The translations under genes and the position numbers were made by a program. From Ostreococcus tauri (Eukaryota): DNA of 16,452 nucleotides. Every line of letters starts with the position of its first letter. Positions within the stretch are counted from its first letter, which is position 1. Shown piece after piece: positions 13,551-16,452 of the stretch. The notes under the pieces were generated by a model. It ran no database searches, was not told the DNA's origin, and saw nothing but the letters and a program-made list of their open reading frames with translations. The stretch lies in the NCBI GenBank assembly GCA_000214015.2, contig CAID01000001.2, positions 775,461 to 791,912 on the forward strand, read 5' to 3'.

Positions 13551-14399
13551 TCATCCAAAACTCGGCATCGAGTCGAGGTTCGCCATCGGAGGATTCGACG
13601 CCGCACCGGGCAGCAGCAGTGTCTCCCCGGCGGCATCGATCGGTGGTTTCAATGCATTCTCAACCTTCGTTCTCGTTTTCTTGAACAGCGTGTCCACGGT
13701 GGAACAGATGGTCATCGGCGCCGCCGAGCTCGTCTGGTCCAGGCGCGTCGCCGTTGCCAGCGCACTTGTGTACGCTCCTGCGCTCGCGCGCATTGTTTCC
13801 AACTCCTCGTCCATATCCCCCTGAAGAAGATGTCCGAGCGCCTCGTGCATGGCCACGGTCTCGTCGAATTCTCTGAAAACCTCTGGCGTTCCCGAGCCCA
13901 TGCGACTCGCCGGGACGTTCGTCACGTCCCGCGTCCCGATCACGAACGCCTCCTCTCGCACCATTTTCGCCAACGCCAGCCCGACCCCGTGGACACCAAT
14001 CTCCAGGCACTCATCGCTGAGATCTGTCAACGCCTCTATCGCCTCCGGCGACGCGTACACCAAAACGTTTTCGCCCTCTAACTGCGTCTCTCTCAACGCG
14101 TACGTCGAGTACGCCCCCAACACGCGTTCCGCCAGCGTCTTCCCACATCGCGCGTACTTCATCGCGCAATCGTACGCGCACTGCACGTACGAGTTATACG
14201 TCTGCTGCGCCGGCTTCCCGAGGTGCACGTTGGAGAATCGACGTTCACGCCAGGCGATTTTAAAGGATTCAAACGAGAGCGCCTTCGCGTACGCCTCCGC
14301 GTCCTCCTTTCGTCGCTCGATCTCTCGCCCGTTGCGTTCGATAAACTCCATGACGTCAATCTCCACGCCTCGGACCTCGCGCTCGTGCGCGGTGCCCAT
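13551..14399 (-). CDS. SNAPC1: snRNA-activating protein complex subunit 1 (SNAPC1/SNAP43)-like protein
   Basis: ATG at 14399-14397 and TGA at 13553-13551. The query reads FESFKIAWRERRFSNV...RVLGAYSTYALRETQ...AKMVREEAFVIG. Human SNAPC1 reads FEDFTELWRNMKFGTI...RVGALYLLYGLYNTQ...FRKLRLDRAFHF. The CDS call is solid; the family call is moderate. Confidence 0.7.
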   Translation of the reverse strand: MGTAHEREVRGVEIDVMEFIERNGREIERRKEDAEAYAKALSFESFKIAWRERRFSNVHLGKPAQQTYNSYVQCAYDCAMKYARCGKTLAERVLGAYSTYALRETQLEGENVLVYASPEAIEALTDLSDECLEIGVHGVGLALAKMVREEAFVIGTRDVTNVPASRMGSGTPEVFREFDETVAMHEALGHLLQGDMDEELETMRASAGAYTSALATATRLDQTSSAAPMTICSTVDTLFKKTRTKVENALKPPIDAAGETLLLPGAASNPPMANLDSMPSFG

Positions 14400-14496
14400 T
14401 GTGAGCGGCGCGCGAAATAGTGACGATGTTGATTCTCGTTTACACGAGAGTCACTCGACGAATCGTTCGCGTCCGCACTCGTCGACGACGCGCGCG

Positions 14497-15693
14497 ATGG
14501 ACGCCGTCGTCGACCGAGTCCGACGCTCGGAGGCGTTCGCGTCGTTAAAGCGCGACGCTCGAGCGTTTGGAGCGTCGAGAGCGATGGAGATTCTCTCGGA
14601 TGCGAAAAGTTCGTCGTCGGCGCTCGACGCGGTTCGCACACTCGCGCACGACGCGTTACACGCGGGGAGGTGGAACGCGGTCGACGAGCGATGGCGAGCG
14701 GTGTACGCGATGAGCGCGATCGCGTGGACGGCGAAGAGTGGGACGAGAGGAGCGAAGGCGACGCGGGCGTTGGATTTGGCAGTCGTGCTCGGCGGCGAGA
14801 CGTTCGGCGACGACGCGCGCGCAGCGATCGAGGCGACGAGAGTGAAGGGTGACCGTGATATAAACGTCTTTTCTGGACGCTGGGACGTTGGGGTCGACGA
14901 AGCGGTCGCGGCGAGAGCGACGCGAGCGACGGGTGGGGTCGAGAGACGAGCGTACGCGAGGACTTCGATGGAGACGTTTTATCGCGAGTACATGGCCAAG
15001 CGAGACGATGCGAGCGAGAACGGGTGGAACGAACTCGGACGACCCGTCGTTCTCGAGGGATTGGCAACGCATTGGCCCGCGGTGGCGAAATGGCGCGACC
15101 GAGCGTATCTGGACGATGCCATCGGCGATCGAACGGTTCCTGTGGAGGTCGGCAAGACGTACGTTGACGAGCACTGGTCGCAGAAGCTCATGACTGTCAG
15201 AGAGTTCATGGATCAGTACCTCGGCGAGGGCGGCGAGCAGAGCGAACAAGGTAGAAATGTCGGGTACCTTGCCCAGCACGAACTCTTTGAGCAATGTCCG
15301 GAGCTCAAGCGTGACATAGAGACTCCGCTGTATTGCTCGCTCGGCTCTGGGGGGCCCTGCGCGGTCAACGCGTGGTTCGGGCCGGCGAACACCGAGTCGC
15401 CCGCCCACACTGATCCAAAGCACAACATACTGTGTCAAATTGTCGGCGTGAAACGCGTGCGGCTGTTCGCACCGAATCAGACGCCCCGTATGTACCCTCG
15501 AGAACCGCCGTCGAGCAACACGTCTCGCGTCGACGTGGACGCACCAGATCTCGAGCAGTTCCCACTCTTCGCAGACGCCGAGTTTGTGGACGCCGTGCTC
15601 ACACCTGGTGATGCAATTTATATCCCGCCCGAGTGGTGGCACCACGTCGTCGCCGACACGCCTTCTTTCAGCGTATCGTTTTGGTGGGACTGA
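14497..15693 (+). CDS. JMJD5: JmjC-domain protein, JMJD5/KDM8 (plant JMJ30) orthologue type
   Basis: This is the C-terminal part of the 614-aa track ORF; the upstream part is antisense to the SNAPC1-like gene. ATG at 14497 and TGA at 15691-15693. Near-collinear match to the JMJD5 core: GYLAQHELFEQCPELKRDIETPLYCSLG...VNAWFGPANTESPAHTDPKHNILCQIVGVKRVRLF...NTSRVDVDAPDLEQFPLF...LTPGDAIYIPPEWWHHVVADTPSFSVSFWW. The Fe ligands HxD...H are present. Confidence 0.9.
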   Translation: MDAVVDRVRRSEAFASLKRDARAFGASRAMEILSDAKSSSSALDAVRTLAHDALHAGRWNAVDERWRAVYAMSAIAWTAKSGTRGAKATRALDLAVVLGGETFGDDARAAIEATRVKGDRDINVFSGRWDVGVDEAVAARATRATGGVERRAYARTSMETFYREYMAKRDDASENGWNELGRPVVLEGLATHWPAVAKWRDRAYLDDAIGDRTVPVEVGKTYVDEHWSQKLMTVREFMDQYLGEGGEQSEQGRNVGYLAQHELFEQCPELKRDIETPLYCSLGSGGPCAVNAWFGPANTESPAHTDPKHNILCQIVGVKRVRLFAPNQTPRMYPREPPSSNTSRVDVDAPDLEQFPLFADAEFVDAVLTPGDAIYIPPEWWHHVVADTPSFSVSFWWD

Positions 15694-15876
15694 GCTCGAA
15701 AAATCGTCTTCTGGCGTGCGCGTATGGCTTCGCCGCGCGCGTCGATCGTAGCCGTAGCGATCCGTTCGGACACTAGACCTTAGTTTCTTAGACCGTAGAC
15801 ATCACACACGTCGTCCGCGGTCCCGTCATCGCTCGCGCTCGTCGTCGTTCGCGCCTCGTACGTACTTCCCGCCCAA

Positions 15877-15884
15877 ATTTAAAT
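15877..15884 (+). promoter_or_regulatory. TATA-like AT island (ATTTAAAT) about 64 bp upstream of the cathepsin X-like ATG
   Basis: It is the only AT-only octamer in the GC-rich stretch just upstream of the cathepsin ATG. The positional argument is the only support. Confidence 0.25.
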
Positions 15885-15947
15885 GTGCCGACGTGGACGC
15901 CTTCGGTCGACACTGCCTCGTCACAACGCGCCCCTTCCCCTATCCCG

Positions 15948-16452
15948 ATGACGCGCTCGCCCGCGAGACGGACCGATGTCGTCGTCGGCGCGACGTGCGC
16001 CCTCGCCCTCGCGTGCGCCGCCACCGCGAACGCGCGCGCGCTCGGGAGCGACGCGCGCGCGCCCAAGCTCGAGATCGCGCGTCCGCGCTCGATTGAAACC
16101 GTCGTGGATTCCAAAGCGTTGAACGCGTTCACGACCGAGCGACGCGGCGAGTACGTCATCTTACCCGGACACGACACGCGCGAACACGTGGTGTCGGCGC
16201 TCCCGAGCGCGTACGTCGACGCGGCGTCGCTTCCGGACGATTTTACCTGGTCGAACGTCAAGGGACATAACTTTTTGACGAAGTCTTTGAATCAGCACCT
16301 GCCGCAGTACTGCGGGTCGTGTTGGGCGCACGGTGCGATGAGCGCGCTGGCGGATCGGATTCAGATTGCGAGTGGTAAGAAGCGGCGACAAGACGTGAAC
16401 CTCGCGATTCAGTACATTCTGAACTGCGGAACGGAGGTTGCGGGCTCGTGCC
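15948..16452 (+). CDS. Cathepsin X/Z-like papain-family cysteine protease, 5' part (continues past the window end)
   Basis: This gene is not in the ORF track because there is no stop within the window. My hand translation from ATG 15948 gives [29 protein letters not shown] (signal peptide). It continues ...[67 protein letters not shown]... Human cathepsin Z reads [46 protein letters not shown]...VQNVIDCG. The frame stays open to base 16452. Confidence 0.85.
   Translation, partial: [168 protein letters not shown]

Noticed and set aside
14410-14417. An E2F-like GCGCGAAA site in the SNAPC1/JMJD5 spacer.
   Set aside because: An 8-mer of this composition is expected by chance many times in DNA full of (CG)n, and there is no supporting repetition or positional pattern.
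13849-14496. The N-terminal part of the 614-aa ORF (13849-15693).
   Set aside because: It is antisense to the SNAPC1-like CDS with low-complexity Ser/Arg composition. JMJD5-like sequence starts after the ATG at 14497.
14159-15645. Long minus-strand ORFs 14159-15067 (302 aa) and 14656-15645 (329 aa).
   Set aside because: They are Arg/Ser/Pro-rich translations antisense to the clearly homologous JMJD5 gene.
15788-16261. A 157-aa minus-strand ORF and the 67-aa ORF at 15893-16096 (+).
   Set aside because: The plus-strand frame 3 encodes an unmistakable cathepsin X-like N-terminus across the same bases.
1-16452. A prokaryotic operon, defence island or mobile-element reading of the window.
   Set aside because: The gene content is unambiguously eukaryotic nuclear (cohesin SCC3, PAF1, La, SNAPC1, JMJD5, cathepsin X). 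There are no same-strand gene runs. I saw no integrase, transposase or terminal inverted repeats, and no tRNA or rRNA.
1575-16452. Hidden introns in the gene models.
   Set aside because: Every recognised domain is collinear within one uninterrupted frame and no homology block is split. Very short in-frame introns cannot be excluded without transcript data.

Overview
This window is not prokaryotic. It is a very gene-dense, GC-rich, apparently intron-free stretch of a eukaryotic nuclear genome. The most likely source is a green picoalga (Mamiellophyceae, Micromonas/Ostreococcus-like). That guess rests on composition, compaction and gene content (plant-lineage zf-LSD1 protein, cyanobacterial/plastid DUF4079 protein, CGFS glutaredoxin with a presequence); it was not searched. 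I can support 14 protein-coding genes covering about 86% of the window: an LSD1-type zinc-finger protein (3' part), an orphan protein with a presequence, cohesin SCC3/STAG, a coiled-coil protein (weakly Mis14/NSL1-like), a DUF4079 membrane protein, a membrane-anchored protein with two degenerate Cu/Zn-SOD folds, the cytochrome bc1 assembly factor CBP3/UQCC1, a La protein with an RGG tail, PAF1, a CGFS monothiol glutaredoxin, a GNAT acetyltransferase, a SNAPC1-like protein, the JmjC hydroxylase JMJD5/KDM8, and the 5' part of a cathepsin X-like protease. The cathepsin gene is missing from the ORF track because it runs off the window. All family calls come from recognising conserved motifs by eye, with no HMM or BLAST. 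The ORF track uses GTG starts, and stop codons are rare at this GC content, so many of its ORFs are over-extended at the N-terminus, fused to upstream non-coding sequence, or antisense artefacts. I re-set starts to the first plausible ATG. I saw no tRNA, rRNA, CRISPR array, transposon or defence/operon-like system. The points worth a second look are architectural and evolutionary. Gene orientation alternates almost perfectly, giving six head-to-head pairs whose ATG-to-ATG spacers are as short as 55 bp. GC content oscillates in step with that layout. There is an uncharacterised type-I membrane protein with two metal-ligand-less SOD folds. The divergent promoters also carry several short DNA-level elements: a 2 x 39 bp tandem repeat, a 22-bp perfect palindrome with a second degenerate copy, and a shared AT-rich motif.
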